Both the position numbers and the translations under genes were made by a program. The notes below the pieces were generated by a model. The model saw only the letters and a program-made list of their open reading frames with translations. It had not been told where the DNA came from and made no database searches. 64,000 nucleotides of DNA, taken from assembly GCA_964247055.1 (NCBI GenBank), contig OZ176052.1, forward strand, positions 806,001 to 870,000. The letters run 5' to 3'. Source of the DNA: Paragordius varius. Its lineage: Eukaryota; Animalia; Nematomorpha. Shown here one piece after another: positions 1-13,392 of the stretch. Numbering within the stretch: the first letter of the stretch is position 1; each line of letters begins with the position of its first letter.

Positions 1-93
1 CGTATGGTATAAAAAACTTGGTGAATTATTAAACAAATTCGTAATGTTAAATAAAGGAAATTGATCAATTTCAAACATTTGATGCTTTTTACC

Positions 94-2473
94 TAAGGTG
101 ACCAGACGTCCCGCTTTCTCACACTTTGTCCCGCGTCCCGCTGCGTTTTTGAAATGTCCCGCTTTTTCACGATTATAAATTTTTTTTTAAATACATTTAA
201 ATTTATTATAAAAAATTTATTTATCCGTTTAAATTTTTTATCATCAGTTATCTTTAAAATCTATATTAATTTTAAATTGAGATTTTTTATTTTTAAAATA
301 AAATATTTATTTTTTTCGAATATATATCATATGATTATACATTTGCTTTCTAATCCTACTGCCAACATTATCAAAATACAAATAAATACCACAAATCGGT
401 AGCTTATACGTTTACTCCAGAAAATTAAGATAATAAAAGTTTTTCATACTAATATTTTAGTTATATTACCTGCCAACATTATAAAAAAACAAATTAATAC
501 AACAAATCGGTAGCTTATACGTTTACTCCAGAAAATTAAGGCAATATAATATTTTTTTATATTATATTAGTTTAAAAATATGAGTATAAAAAGAGGTTGT
601 AAATTTAAGGATGAATTAATGAAAGAATCCTTTTATCAAAAAAACGAAGAACGAATCATTTGTTAAATGTTCTCTATGCGAAGGGGAATTCACCCTAGCA
701 CATGGCTGCAAGCATGATATTACGAAGCATATGAAAACACAGAAACATAAACAATGTTTAGATATGGCGGCATCATCTTACAAAATGAGCGATTTTAAAC
801 CGCTTTTGGAGAAAGAAGAAAAGAATGGTCTAGCCGAATGCGTTTTATCTTTTCACGCCGTTAATCACAATCATTCCTTTAGATCTATGGAATGTACCTC
901 ACAGGTTATTCGTGCCGTACAAAGGCTGAAGCCATTGTATCCAATGTCCTTTCGTCACATGCATTTTCTGAAATACAAAAAGATTTGCTGACTGATGTAT
1001 CAAATCAGGAAACAAAATTATTTCCCACTTTAATAAGATATATTGATCCAGAAACCGGAGTTTAATTAAAATTTATTTTATTTCTCTACCCGGTGTAAAT
1101 TCCGACATAATTTTTACTTCAATAATGAATATTCTAGAAAAAATAATGACAAAATTATCGCATGCGCTGTCAACACCAATACGAACCTCGGTAGAAAAGC
1201 AAGGAGGGGAACAAAAAATAATTTTTATAAATTAGCAGATAATCTTAATCAAAACATTATTGACGTTGGGTGTGCAGCGCAAACGCTATTCAAACAGCTG
1301 CTGATTTGTTACCCCTAGACGTGAAAAATGTAGTTGTTAAAATATATTTCTAATTTTATATACACGGTACGAGTTGAAACGCTTAAGGAATTCTGTGAAA
1401 ATACAGAAGTTCAATATCAAAAAATGCTTGGATATTGCAAAACTCGTTGGTTAGCTCTTCTGCCAGCTCTCGAAACAATTTTAAAAATATCCTTTAAAAT
1501 CGTTTTTTGTTCACAGGACAAACTTTGGAAAAGTTTTTTAAAAGTGATTCTTCAAAAATATGGTTAGAGTTCCTACATAATCAAGCATCTCTCTTTCAAC
1601 ATGTTATTCAATTGATAGAAGGTGACAAAAATTCGGGAAGTAGCCAATGAAGTTAGGAACCGAAAATTCCAATGTCAAGAAAGGTTAGAAAATAATTTTT
1701 ATCAGTAACCATCCGCAATATTATAAATAAGTTAGAAAAACAAGGCTTAATAAATCCCCAAGATATGTACCATATAAAAATGTTTTATACAAGCTGTAGA
1801 TCATTTGGAAGACTGGACGGTGCAATTCAATGAAATTGATCATTTTCATTGGAGAACATTAAAACCAAAATTTAATTGGTGCGATGTTCAAAAATCATTT
1901 GGTTACATCTGCATTTTCCGAAAATTCCCAAAAAGTAACCTTTCAGAAAATATCTTTTTTCAGAAGTATCATTAGTTACAAAATATATTAATAATGAAAA
2001 ATTTAAATTATGGACAACAGAAAAAAATACAGTAGAAAAGAAATGGTTAGAAATGTTTCATCATTTTGAAACAAACTATGTTCCATAAAATAATATTTTA
2101 AAAATGTGTAATTTGCACTATCTTTACTTGGAACCAACGCTGCTACTGAGCGCGTTTTTTCCACAGTAAATCAGGTCTGGACATCGGAAAAATTAAATTT
2201 AAATGTTAAAACTTTAATGGCCATTTTATCTGTCATATATAATTTTATAAATTCTTGTGAAGATTTCTACAATATTTTAAAAAATTATGACAATCTGCTA
2301 AAACGCATTCACTCAACCAAGGAATAAAATATTTTTTATATTTATAATGTATTTGTGTTAAAAATAAATTATTACAATAAATTTTTTGTATAGAAATTTT
2401 TGGTTGTACCCCCTCCATGCCCCCCTTACTCTGATTTGTCCCGCTTTTTCCTTCAAAAAATCTGGTCACCTTA
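94..2473 (+). mobile_element. Full-length but degenerate hAT DNA transposon
   Basis: 13-bp terminal inverted repeats TAAGGTGACCAGA (94-106) / TCTGGTCACCTTA (2461-2473), flanked by a perfect 8-bp target duplication TTTTTACC (86-93, 2474-2481). Subterminal GTCCCGC motifs at both ends. Broken transposase: ORF 731-991, ORF 1334-1567 with the hAT-type 'CKTRW' motif, and a 'GTNAATERVFS' dimerisation-domain motif near 2130-2165. Stops and frameshifts separate the pieces. Confidence 0.92.
350..540. repeat. Internal tandem duplication inside the hAT element
   Basis: The ~65-bp block TGCCAACATTA...ACAAATCGGTAGCTTATACGTTTACTCCAGAAAATTAAG occurs at about 360-430 and again at about 471-540. Confidence 0.8.
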
Positions 2474-4762
2474 TTTTTACCATATATGTATACTTAAGAC
2501 ATGCATTTAATGCAAAGCTTTTGTTCTCAATTTTTCATATGGGCTAATTTTAAAAAAACACATTGTTAAAATGTGTTAAAATATTTTTTTCACAATGTTT
2601 AGTGTCATTGCTGTGTTTGACCCAAGGGTTCTTTAAGGCACACATTTGTGTTGGAAAAAAAATATGTTAAATATGTAAAAATGCTAAAAATATGTCAATC
2701 CTTTGTGAGAAAATAGCAAAAATAAACAGTGTGAGTTACATATTCGACGTGTTATATATGGCCTCACAATTTTTTGACACAAATTACATTATTACAATGT
2801 TTTGTTTATAAATACCTTCCTTAGATTAAAAGAAGTTAAAAATACGGTAAAATAATTAAGATGTTTTGCAACATATATCTCTGTTGTTTTTTATTTTGAA
2901 TCCTACTTTAGCCAGCTAGATGTATCATTACTTAAACGATTAAACATGGAAAAAATGTATTTTTAGATTTTTTTTTCGTTAAAATCAAAAGTGTGCATTT
3001 CAAAAAATGTTAAAGACTTCCTATGCATAAACATCAAACAAAAAACAGTCATTATTTCACATTATACTTAATACTTAACAAAAACTTAGATGTAGGTATC
3101 AATGTTAAAAAAAAGTGTAAAACACAAATCTTTTTCGTTTTGAACAACACCCATCAAAAAACAATATTGGCCTTTTTTTCATTAAAAATAAAAATCTTAA
3201 GCCCTGATATTTTGTAAAAATGTATAGTTATTTTATTTTTCGTATAAGCCAAGTAGTGTGTTGTTCTAAATAAGGGTAAGGTTAAATTTTAATTACATGA
3301 TGTTTATAAATGTACAAAAACACTTCCGGAAATTTCAACAAATATCGAGTCGATCTCAGCAAAACACTATATAAAAAAATTTAATCTGATAAAAAAGGAT
3401 TAGTATAGTATAAGGTTCAAATCTATACTACATATATGTATATCCATTTTATCCAAAAAATAGGTAGTAATTACAAAAAATTTAACATCTAAAAATATCT
3501 ATATTTTATAACAATAATAATTAATAATTTTTCAGACTTAATTACATACTAATATTATTGTAAAATGCAACAGTCTACATTTGCATAATTAACGTATAAT
3601 ACAATATATGCATATAATCTATTTATAATAGTTTTTTAATAACATGTCATGTTTTCCCGAATCGATTAAGTGATTTGACAAAAACGAAAAAAAAACATTT
3701 TAAACGTTATATTTTGTATTTTTGTGCCTACAAATTTCTTTGAATAATAAAAATTCGCCGAAACTATCAAACATAAAAAAAGCTATAAATCAAACTTTTA
3801 TTTATACGTATTATTTAAAATTGAATATTAAAATAATTACAGCTCATAATATCAATCTAGTTAATAATTCATAAAGTATAATATTAGAATTGGTCATTTT
3901 TAAAGGTTAAAACGTGAGTTTGGTTTATATGTAAACTATATAAAATTTACAAATCAACTTCCTATTTTTTGGGTTTACCTGCCTCGGCCCGTCCCTCATT
4001 GGTAAAAAAAAACAAGCAAATACTATTAAACAAATATTTGGACGCGTGAAAGTAAACATAGTCGATAGATATATACTATGTTGCTACACATATCCGAATA
4101 TGTTAATTTATTTCGCTTTGCTCGATGTGGGTTAAAAATTTATACGTATAATACCTAAAAAATCTTACAATATTCAAATTTTATTCATATATATCATTCA
4201 TTTTACCACACTGAAATAAAAAACAGGCAAGGTATACCAAAATAAATTTTTTTACAACTATGTATGAAATGGTTAATTTTGTAGTTTTATTTTCCATAAA
4301 AACTCTAAAAACCCAAAATTGAAACAAAAAAATAAATAATGTAAAATTTTGTAGCAAATCGACCCAGGTAAAAATTTTAAATATATAAAAAAAATTATTT
4401 ACATTATAATTTGTATAAATGTTAATAGATTGTTGATTTTGTATTTACTTATGTAGTATAGTGTGCCTATGTGTGAAATTATAAATGTTTATAATAATAA
4501 TACGCACACATCAAACCTTTCTGCTTTATTTTTTTCTTTCGCTGTATAAAAAACATTAAATATTCTCACAAAAATACGATTTACTATTATACATTTATTT
4601 GCAATTTATATTTTTTTGCCTTAAAAATTTGGAAAATTTAATTCACAATTTTTTTCCTCGCCCGTCTTCATTAATTAAAATTATTAATCACACTACTGTT
4701 TATAAAAAATATTACCTTATCATATCTATTAGTATAGTAATTAGACATATTCTTCATTTGTT

Positions 4763-7064
4763 ATGCTTGTGAATTCTGGTGCTACTTTAGGCTCAAACGC
4801 TTTCGCCTATTCCCAACAATATCAGGTAGGTTTTAATTTTTTTAATATTCTAATTTGGTTTTCACAAAATTTAATAAATTTTTCCCGAAATTTATTTGAA
4901 AAAATTTTTATTAATTAAATAAATATATTTTTAAATCCAATTTATTTAGCATCATAACAATGTTTTACCGCAATTGTTTAAAAACACAATGAACCATCAG
5001 CCCAATATCCAAAGTACTGAAAAATCCACTCTAAATTCAATTCTTCAATATGGTGCTGCTTCTGAGTTTCAAAATTCTTTTCACAATACTGATGAGGATA
5101 ATTCAAGTTCATCTTCTTCAGTAACTTCATTTGAGTTACAACCAAACAACTTTAATAATGGCAACAAAGTTAATTTAATGGGGGATATTAGAATGTTAAA
5201 TGAAAACTTTGCCAAAATGTTTTCGGCAAATCTTGAAACTTACAAGCAACATTTAATGAATTCACCGCGAATTAATTACCGTAATAAAGTTTGTTGTACG
5301 CAAGATAATTCTACCACCACTAATAATAAGCCCAAAAACGATAAAGTTACAGATGATTGTTCTTTAAATTTTATTAACCAAAATAATAATGGTATATTAG
5401 TTAATCGTCCCAACAATTTATCCATTAAAGTACAACATCAACAACAGCAAACTAATAATAATTGCCAAACTTTTGAGCAACTTGGTAGCAGTAATGCTAA
5501 TAATGTTGTTTGCAACAATGTTTCTCCATTCTCCTATGACATGATTGGATCACCTTTTGGGGGCAGTGCGTCATTTTCATCATCTTCGTGTGGGAGCGGA
5601 CGAACAGGGGACCGTTCAACTGGTTCCAATTCCTCTCTATCTTTGGAAAATAACCAACAAAGTTGTTTGATGACTCTTGTGAATAATGCTCAATCTATGC
5701 GTCATCAAACTCAACCCGTAATCAGTGGTGGAATGAGCCGTTATAAAACTGAACTTTGCCGACCCTTTGAAGAAAGTGGAGAATGTAAGTATGGTGACAA
5801 ATGTCAATTTGCTCATGGTATGGGGGAGATGCGGAGTTTATCCCGACACCCAAAGTATAAGACTGATTATTGCCGTACGTATCACAGCATTGGGTTTTGT
5901 CCATATGGGGCTCGTTGTCATTTCATACATAATGGGGATGAAGCGACCATGATAAATCCTAACGTCGCCGCAAACAATATTCTGATAAATAATGGTAAAG
6001 CGAATGGACCTTTGGGTGGCAGCCACATGAATAATAAAATGAGATTTGTTGTACCAGGTAACAATGTGAGTAGTACCAATAATAATAATCGTTTACTTGG
6101 CTCTCGTCCATCTCTTCCTATAATTAACAACACGAATAATATGTTGCATAATCCTTTATCTATAATGACTCCTAATAATGGTGCTTTCAACAATAATAAT
6201 ATTAACAATAATGCTTTAAATCGACACGCCTCGTTACCTGTTGCTCTGAAATCCGAGGATATTGAATTTCTTCGCAACACTCTTTTGAGCGCATTGAATA
6301 CTAATTTATCACCTAATAATAATAACACAGAAGCTGATTTTAATAATTCTTCAATGTCTGTTACTAGTCATTTGGCTCAATATCAAACACCTAAAACGAA
6401 TAATTTACTTGCATACAAGCCTGGTGCATCGAAAAAAGAATTTGTCAATTTGGATTGCAATACGGATTCGGGGTTTGAGGATAACTTTAGCGCTATTTTC
6501 ACTTGCTCTAACAACAACACTCTACAACCAAAGCTATCAAATTTAAGCATCGGCAATGACACACCTAATACCAATAATAAAGCTGTTTTAAATTTGCTCA
6601 ATAATTCTCTTCGTGTTGGCGCTGATACTGATCGTCATGATACGGTAATTACTAACTTTGACTCTGCTAAAAATTTAATCAAATCAAAACCAATGAGTCA
6701 CACTCTTTTCTGTGATATTAACCCAAATCATGGTAAACAGCAACAACCAACTAAATTTGCTGACAAATATATGGATGATAAACCAAAAGGTGTTTTTGCT
6801 GATAGTTGTGACGATACAACCGTGTCAACTAAACCTCAATTGTCATCATCATCCAACTTATTATCTTCTGGTAGCAGCTTTAATAATAACAACAAGTGTG
6901 AAGAACAATTGTCGTTATTATCAAACCCACATCATAGCAATAATTTGTCAGACGAAAGCCACATTCTGCCAAACAAAATAATCCAGCAGACGATTGAACA
7001 AACCTCTACAACCGCTCTAAGGCTCCCTATTTTCAAAAGTTTTACACGTAGCGATAAGTCATAA
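4763..7064 (+). CDS. Tis11: Tis11/ZFP36 (tristetraprolin-family) tandem CCCH zinc-finger mRNA-decay factor, about 725 aa
   Basis: join(4763..4825,4950..7064). Exon 1 ([21 protein letters not shown]) is joined in phase 0 across a 124-nt GT-AG intron to the long ORF. Tandem fingers [27 protein letters not shown] and [27 protein letters not shown]-terminal RLPIF CNOT1-binding motif. The short-first-exon, long-second-exon layout matches the family. Confidence 0.95.
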
Positions 7065-8241
7065 AATACATATTTTATCATAGATTTTTACATTCACAAT
7101 CACTACATTACAAATTTAGTATAATTATTTTACCTTTTTGATTATTTTAATTTAACCTTGTGTGTATATCAAAAAAATGTAAACCTGTGTTGGTTTTGAA
7201 TTAGTGCCATTTGAATTGTGTTTCAAACTAACTGTGTTTCATATATTATTCATTGTACATACCATAATATCGAATATATAGGGGTTGGGGAAGTGTTCAT
7301 ATAAAATGGTGTTATCTGCCAATAATTACTATTGAACACTCTTCAATCCTATAATTCGCAAATATGTGATCTTTGTATCAAAATAGTATATTTATTTATG
7401 TAGTATAAGTAATACCAAATGTCATAATAGATGATCTAATTATTAATTATTTTTACATGTACATAACATATATATTTATAATTTAAAATTTCAATCAACT
7501 TTTACGAAGGCAATCATAATACACCATAAACCCATAATTTTTTTAAAGAGCTCACTCACACTCACCAAAATGTTTTAAAATAAGAAAACAACCGAACTTC
7601 CATTTTAGTGCAAATTTTTTTGGGAACAAACACTGATTGATATAATCGGGAGATCCTTTTTTACCTCTTAGTGGATGTGTACGTTCGCTTTTTCAATAAA
7701 GTTTTGTATGCATATTACCTTAATATTATTAATTTATTTCTCAATAGCTAATTGAATTGAAAAATATTTATTAAATTTCTACTCTACAGTTTTACCCATA
7801 TATAAATGTATGTATATATATATATATCCCATCTCTATGCACAATCAATATATATTTTTTACATACTTTATCATATGTTAATATATTTTTTATCCATAAT
7901 CTATTACCTACCATATTTTAACAAATTTTTTTCATTTTTTGGATAACTTTTGATCTTAAACTGTATGAGGGGAAAAAATTCCTGGAAATTTCTTATTCTA
8001 ACAAAACAATTACGTTTTTTATGTTAATGGTTATAACTGTTTGAACATAAAAAGCACCCTTAAATATCCTCCGTTTATCTCTCCTATTTTTTCATTTTTA
8101 GAAACTATCACTACACACTCATATTTTTGCCCGCTACCCCTAATTTATTTATTAACAACTAATTCTATTTAATAATTAATTAAATATATATATATTATCC
8201 AATTTTACAAATTTACCACCATATTTATATTTATTTTAAAA

Positions 8242-8243
<2 letters not shown>

Positions 8244-8306
<63 letters not shown>
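8244..8306. repeat. (TA)n microsatellite
   Basis: About 31 uninterrupted TA units. Confidence 0.95.
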
Positions 8307-8311
<5 letters not shown>

Positions 8312-11300
8312 TAGATCGCTCCATAAACTTGTAATTCATTCATCCAATAAAATATCCACAACACATTTTTTTCTTTAGAAAAAAATAATCATCAGAATTA
8401 TGAAATATATAAAATTTAAAATTATTATGGTTAAACATTTATTTTTCAATTTTTATGCATCGTAAAACATATACTATACATATAATAAATAAATATATTG
8501 ATTTTTAAGCCCAGATAGCCATACCCTATCTATCTATGTTTTATTAAATTAGTTTGAGTGATATATATTATAAAAAAGCACTATTTTCTCACGTTTTGCT
8601 TGGGTTGGGCCATTTAGGGTTAGGTTTTTTCCAAATTATTTTTAGCTCATTAACATTCAGATTGAGTTTTTTCCATGTGTGAGGTCGTCATCTAAAACAT
8701 CTTATATATCTCAATTTTAATAGTTCACACGCCTAAAATAATTTTTTATTTCTTCATGTGATCAAATATTATTTCTTAGGATCCAAAAATATATTATATG
8801 GTTTTATTAAAAACTTTATTTTTACATTACTGAAAACGCAAGTTGAAATAATTAAAATATCTTCTAGTTATTTTAGTCGATAGATAAATAGATTTCTATA
8901 TTTGTTTAAATTGTAATTTGATAATGCTTAAAAAAATATTGATTACAAAAACGCGGAATAGCTAAGAATGTATAAGAATGGATGGCTATTTTACATTTAA
9001 GGAAAAATAGGAAGTCAAAATTATTTAAACACACATATAACGTTTATAATTATAAATTTTTATTGATAATCAATCACTAATTATATATTTCTATAATGAG
9101 ATTTCCATGAAGGTTTTTTTTTTCTTTTAGCAAAGTTATGGATATTCAACTTGATTTGCACCTGTTTTAAAAGCATATTTATTATTAAACTAACCACAAA
9201 CACATATACATTACAAAAAATATGAAACCTACTCTAATAAAAAATAAATCTTAACACTATAATTTAAAATTTTTTGTCTAAATTTTGATTTTATAAAATA
9301 TGATAGATAACGTCATCAACACATAAATAATTACCTCTAATAACTAACTATGTAGTAATTAATTAATTATTTATAATTTCTTGTATATATTAGCTGAACA
9401 TAAAAATCAAATTATTTTAATTTTTTCCCATTGTATTATAAAAAGTCAAAATTGCAGTTTATGAATATTTTATCATTTTTTATCTTCAAATTTCACATCC
9501 AGGCTCATCTTTTTTTTGTTCATTTTTTTGAAACACGATTTGGAATCTAGAAACAGATGGATAATTTCCGTAAAATAGCAATTATATACACCAAAACTAA
9601 AATGAATTAAAATTAACTCAAATTCAAATACATAAAATTACAAGTTAATGTAATTATTTGGTTAAAATTATTAAACCACATATTGTAATGTTATGTGTTC
9701 CCAAAAAGCCCCTTAAAAATTTTTTATTACTTCGAAAGAAATGTGAAAATTTTAGCAAATTTATTAATATATTTCATAAAAAAACTTTTAAAATTCAAGG
9801 GGACTTTTTTTCATATTATATATTCCATCATCTGTCATCTCTATATTATAGATGTTTTTATTAGATTATCACTATATAAATTTTTCCATAATGATAAGTT
9901 TGAGAAAATTAATAAAGTTCATTAATTTTTTTGTTTTTTATATATATTTTTCATATTATCATTGATTTTGTGCCAGACATGTAGGAATAGACAGAATATA
10001 TAAAATTAAAAAATCTATAAACGTTAATTGTTTCAATACTTTTTTATATTATAAAAATATTAATTAATAATGTAAAAGATTTAATTTTTTTGTTTCCACT
10101 TTTCCAGTTAGGTAGAATAATTGGGGTAATTAGATTTATAGTTTATTTTTATATAACTACTATATGTATACAAAGTTCACATTTATACTACCTGTTTGAA
10201 AAAAAATATATTATATGCAGCGGTTAAGTTTAAATTTTGCATGAGAACGAAAATCTCAAATTTCATAAAGAATTATACCGAGTTTTTTTAGGCATTTTTG
10301 AAACATATCCATTACACACACAGGCATTTTGTAATTTCTTTATTTATTTTATTTTTTTTGATTGGAGTGATCAATCTTTTTATATACAATAATGCTAGCT
10401 TGAGATTAAAAAAATATATATATGTTTTTTGTTTGCATAATAATACAGAGACAGATTATATCTTGAGAGTTTTTTAATAATAATATAAACCATATCTGTT
10501 TAACCAAAATAAAATTAATCGAGAGGCGACTTCTAAAAATTTTTCTTGTCAACCAAATTGTTTGAAAATCAATATAACTGACTCTTGATTTAAACATTAA
10601 TATTAAAAAATATATATATATATATATATATACAATATTTATTGATTAAAATCTATAAAAGTCGGCAAGCAATCAAGGATATAAAAGAAAGAACAAAAAA
10701 GATATCTGTTATAAATTTCAAAGTCACTTTTTAGTATTTATATTGTCTATGTGGTATCAAAAATATTAATTATTTATGAGAGAGAGAATATAGAGATAGA
10801 TATCCAGACACAAATCTGAATAAATTGGCTAATAAATTATGCAAATCTCTTCTATTTTTTGTTATAAAACTTTTTTGTGTTTGATTAATATTTTAGTTTT
10901 AATTTATGGACTATATATATATGAGAGGTGTAAATTTCAATTTTTGAAAACCACATTTAATTACTAAGTAGGTAAATGTAAATATTGATATAACATATAT
11001 CTCTCCATAATCCTTTGGGATAAATCAAAATTATATTTATACTTTAAAAGAAAAAAAAGTTCTCTAGCATGAATTAAATTAAAGGCAAACCATTGAAGTA
11101 AGTTTCTTTAATTAAAAAAACGTTAAATAATAAATTATGATTAAGTATGTGTACAGTTTCAAGAGTGTTTGTACTTTATATTGAAAAAAAATTATTTTAA
11201 TCGAGCAGGTATATAATAGGTGTGAATTTCAAAGAAATGAATTTTGTTTTATATATAATTAAAAATATTTGCAAACAAAATATTTATTATTCCTTATTAC

Positions 11301-11977
11301 ATATTTATGAGGGCATAAAAGCTACAGGCTATTAAAAAATCCATAATATTTTTGTTGTTTCTTTTTAGTTATTAATTAATCATTGTCATAAATACTACTA
11401 CATATTGTATGGCATGCATACCTTACAAAAAATGTATAAAACAATAAACGACAAAAGCGACAAATATATATAAAATATTTGCAATAGTGTTATGTAATAC
11501 CTATTTATACGAAAAAGTACTTGAAAGTCGTCTATATTATATATAAAAAATAAAATGAAAAATTTAAATTAGCCCCGGAGTCACAAAACATATCAAAAAC
11601 ATTTTATTTAATTCTCTCCTAATAATTAGTCTACCTCGTGTGTTTTTTTGCTTAATATAGAGAGTAAACTATTTATATCTCACCACGGAATTAGACATAT
11701 ATTTCGATAATAAAAATGCTGCAGTTATTATTAAAATAAAGGGAAGTGTGACAAAACTCGACAAAAATTTGCGGAATTCGGAAGCAATTCATGAAATTTC
11801 ATCTTTATAATATATTTTTAGAGGCTTTATAACAAAAGTTTAGAAATATATAAAGCTCAATTTATAAATTTATTTATTTCTTTGTAAAACTTTTAAATTT
11901 ATTTTAGTATAAAAATGGTTTTCTATAATAATTAGTCATAAATCTTAGATTTAATATTTAATTAAAATAACACTTTA

Positions 11978-12245
11978 CAGTAAAAATTTAAATTATACGG
12001 ACAAAATGTAAAAATAAATTTTTTTCAAAGACAACCCCATATTTTTTGTTCATTCAAAATTTACTGATTGTTTTGGGTTACAAATTAGGGATTAGATATG
12101 TTATATACATTTAAATTTTTAAAAAAATGTAATCAAGTAATTTGCGTAGGAAAAATTAAGGTTTAAAAAATTGGGGCTTTATTTTAGAAAAAAATATTTG
12201 TCTTTATATTTTTACGTTTTGTTCGTATAATTTCAACTTTTACTG
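11978..12245. mobile_element. MITE family A (Tc1/mariner-like, ~270-290 bp), representative copy
   Basis: TA-flanked CAGTAAAAATT.AAATTATACGGACAAAA.GTAAAAAT.TAAA ... TTTTACGTTTTGT.CGTATAATTTCAA.TTTTACTG inverted ends. Other copies near 22500-22771, 26010-26285, 29060-29340, 32190-32810, 41410-41685, 43360-43663, 44430-44722, 45217-45506, 50270-50830, 51310-51585, 59607-59837, 60545-60780. The superfamily call is inferred only from the TA flanks and CAGT ends. Confidence 0.8.
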
Positions 12246-13392
12246 TAAAACAAGACGACAAAGTAACTTAATTATTATCAGGGCATTATGCTTTATTAGA
12301 GTGACAATAGATATGGCTTATAGCGCGACATTTTGACAAATAATATTTAATTTTCTCCAAACAATATAAAAGTTTATTGTTTTGTTGTAAAAAATGTATA
12401 TACATTTGTCGTAATTATTAATTGTTGGTCAGCGTCCTATAAATAGCACCATCATAACAATATAAAGCTTAGGTGCCTTCTCTTATAAAACATTTTTTTA
12501 CTATGTATATAAAAAATGACCAGTCACACTTTAACACAATAGGATAAAATATTTTATCCCTCTTTCTCTCTCTTAAGAAGATTTAATAACAAGTGTCGCA
12601 ATAATAATTGTCACCATATATTTTTAAAACTGAAGACAATAAAAATAAATATTGTAAAATCTTGCTAAAGTGTGGCAACCGGAAAATATTTATGTATATA
12701 ATTTGTGTTTTCTTAAATAGCCTTTGTTAAAACAAATTTAATTGACACTTTTTAATTTCTCTTATTAACGATTTAAAATACATGTCAAATCGACATAAAC
12801 TAGTGTTGATAATTAACATAAATTAATTAACAAGTACTCTTAAATTTTAAGGAGGAGAGAAAAAATATTAATAAAATTAATTAATTAATTCTCCTTATTA
12901 AAATATTTTTTGTAGAAACGTGTCAAACCTACGTAAAAAGTTTATATTTTCACCAACGCTTGAAAAAAATGGCAAAATTTAAAGCGTGTTATATGTTAAA
13001 AAATGATTTATGGTCATTAAACTGACAACTTTACACCAATCAATTGTCAAAATCAAAGTTTATAGTTTCATTCATTTAACAAGTACATGTTAAAAATTAA
13101 GTACAACTTTTTTCGATAAAAATATCATATTTTCCAAAAAACAAGCAAACAATCAAATAACACATTTTGAAATATCCAAAAATACCCAACAATTTTTTCT
13201 TAATAACTTCCTGATTGGTTAATTAAGAGTAAAATTTATAAGTACACAATTTATTTATAGAGACTAATCAAATAAAAACATTTATAAAAATATGTAAAGT
13301 CAAATTAAATCATATAAAAAGCGATGTTGATGGTATGTATGTATGTGTTTGTCGTCATAATTAAATCATGAAAAAATAAATAGTCAAATTTT

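Noticed and set aside
154-3217. Short F/I/K/N-rich ORFs in the track (154-402, 2245-2469, 3023-3217 and many similar later)
   Set aside because: Typical chance ORFs of AT-rich non-coding DNA, with no motifs or splice support.
4960-4992. 10-codon uORF whose TGA overlaps the ATG at 4989
   Set aside because: The true start appears to be at 4763 in exon 1, which makes this an internal out-of-frame ATG.
5722-6981. Overlapping and antisense ORFs within Tis11
   Set aside because: Shadows of the real coding frame with no recognisable motifs.
7380-7480. AU-rich elements (TATTTATTTAT) in the Tis11 3' UTR suggesting autoregulation
   Set aside because: Plausible for the family, but such motifs are everywhere at this AT content and cannot be distinguished from background.
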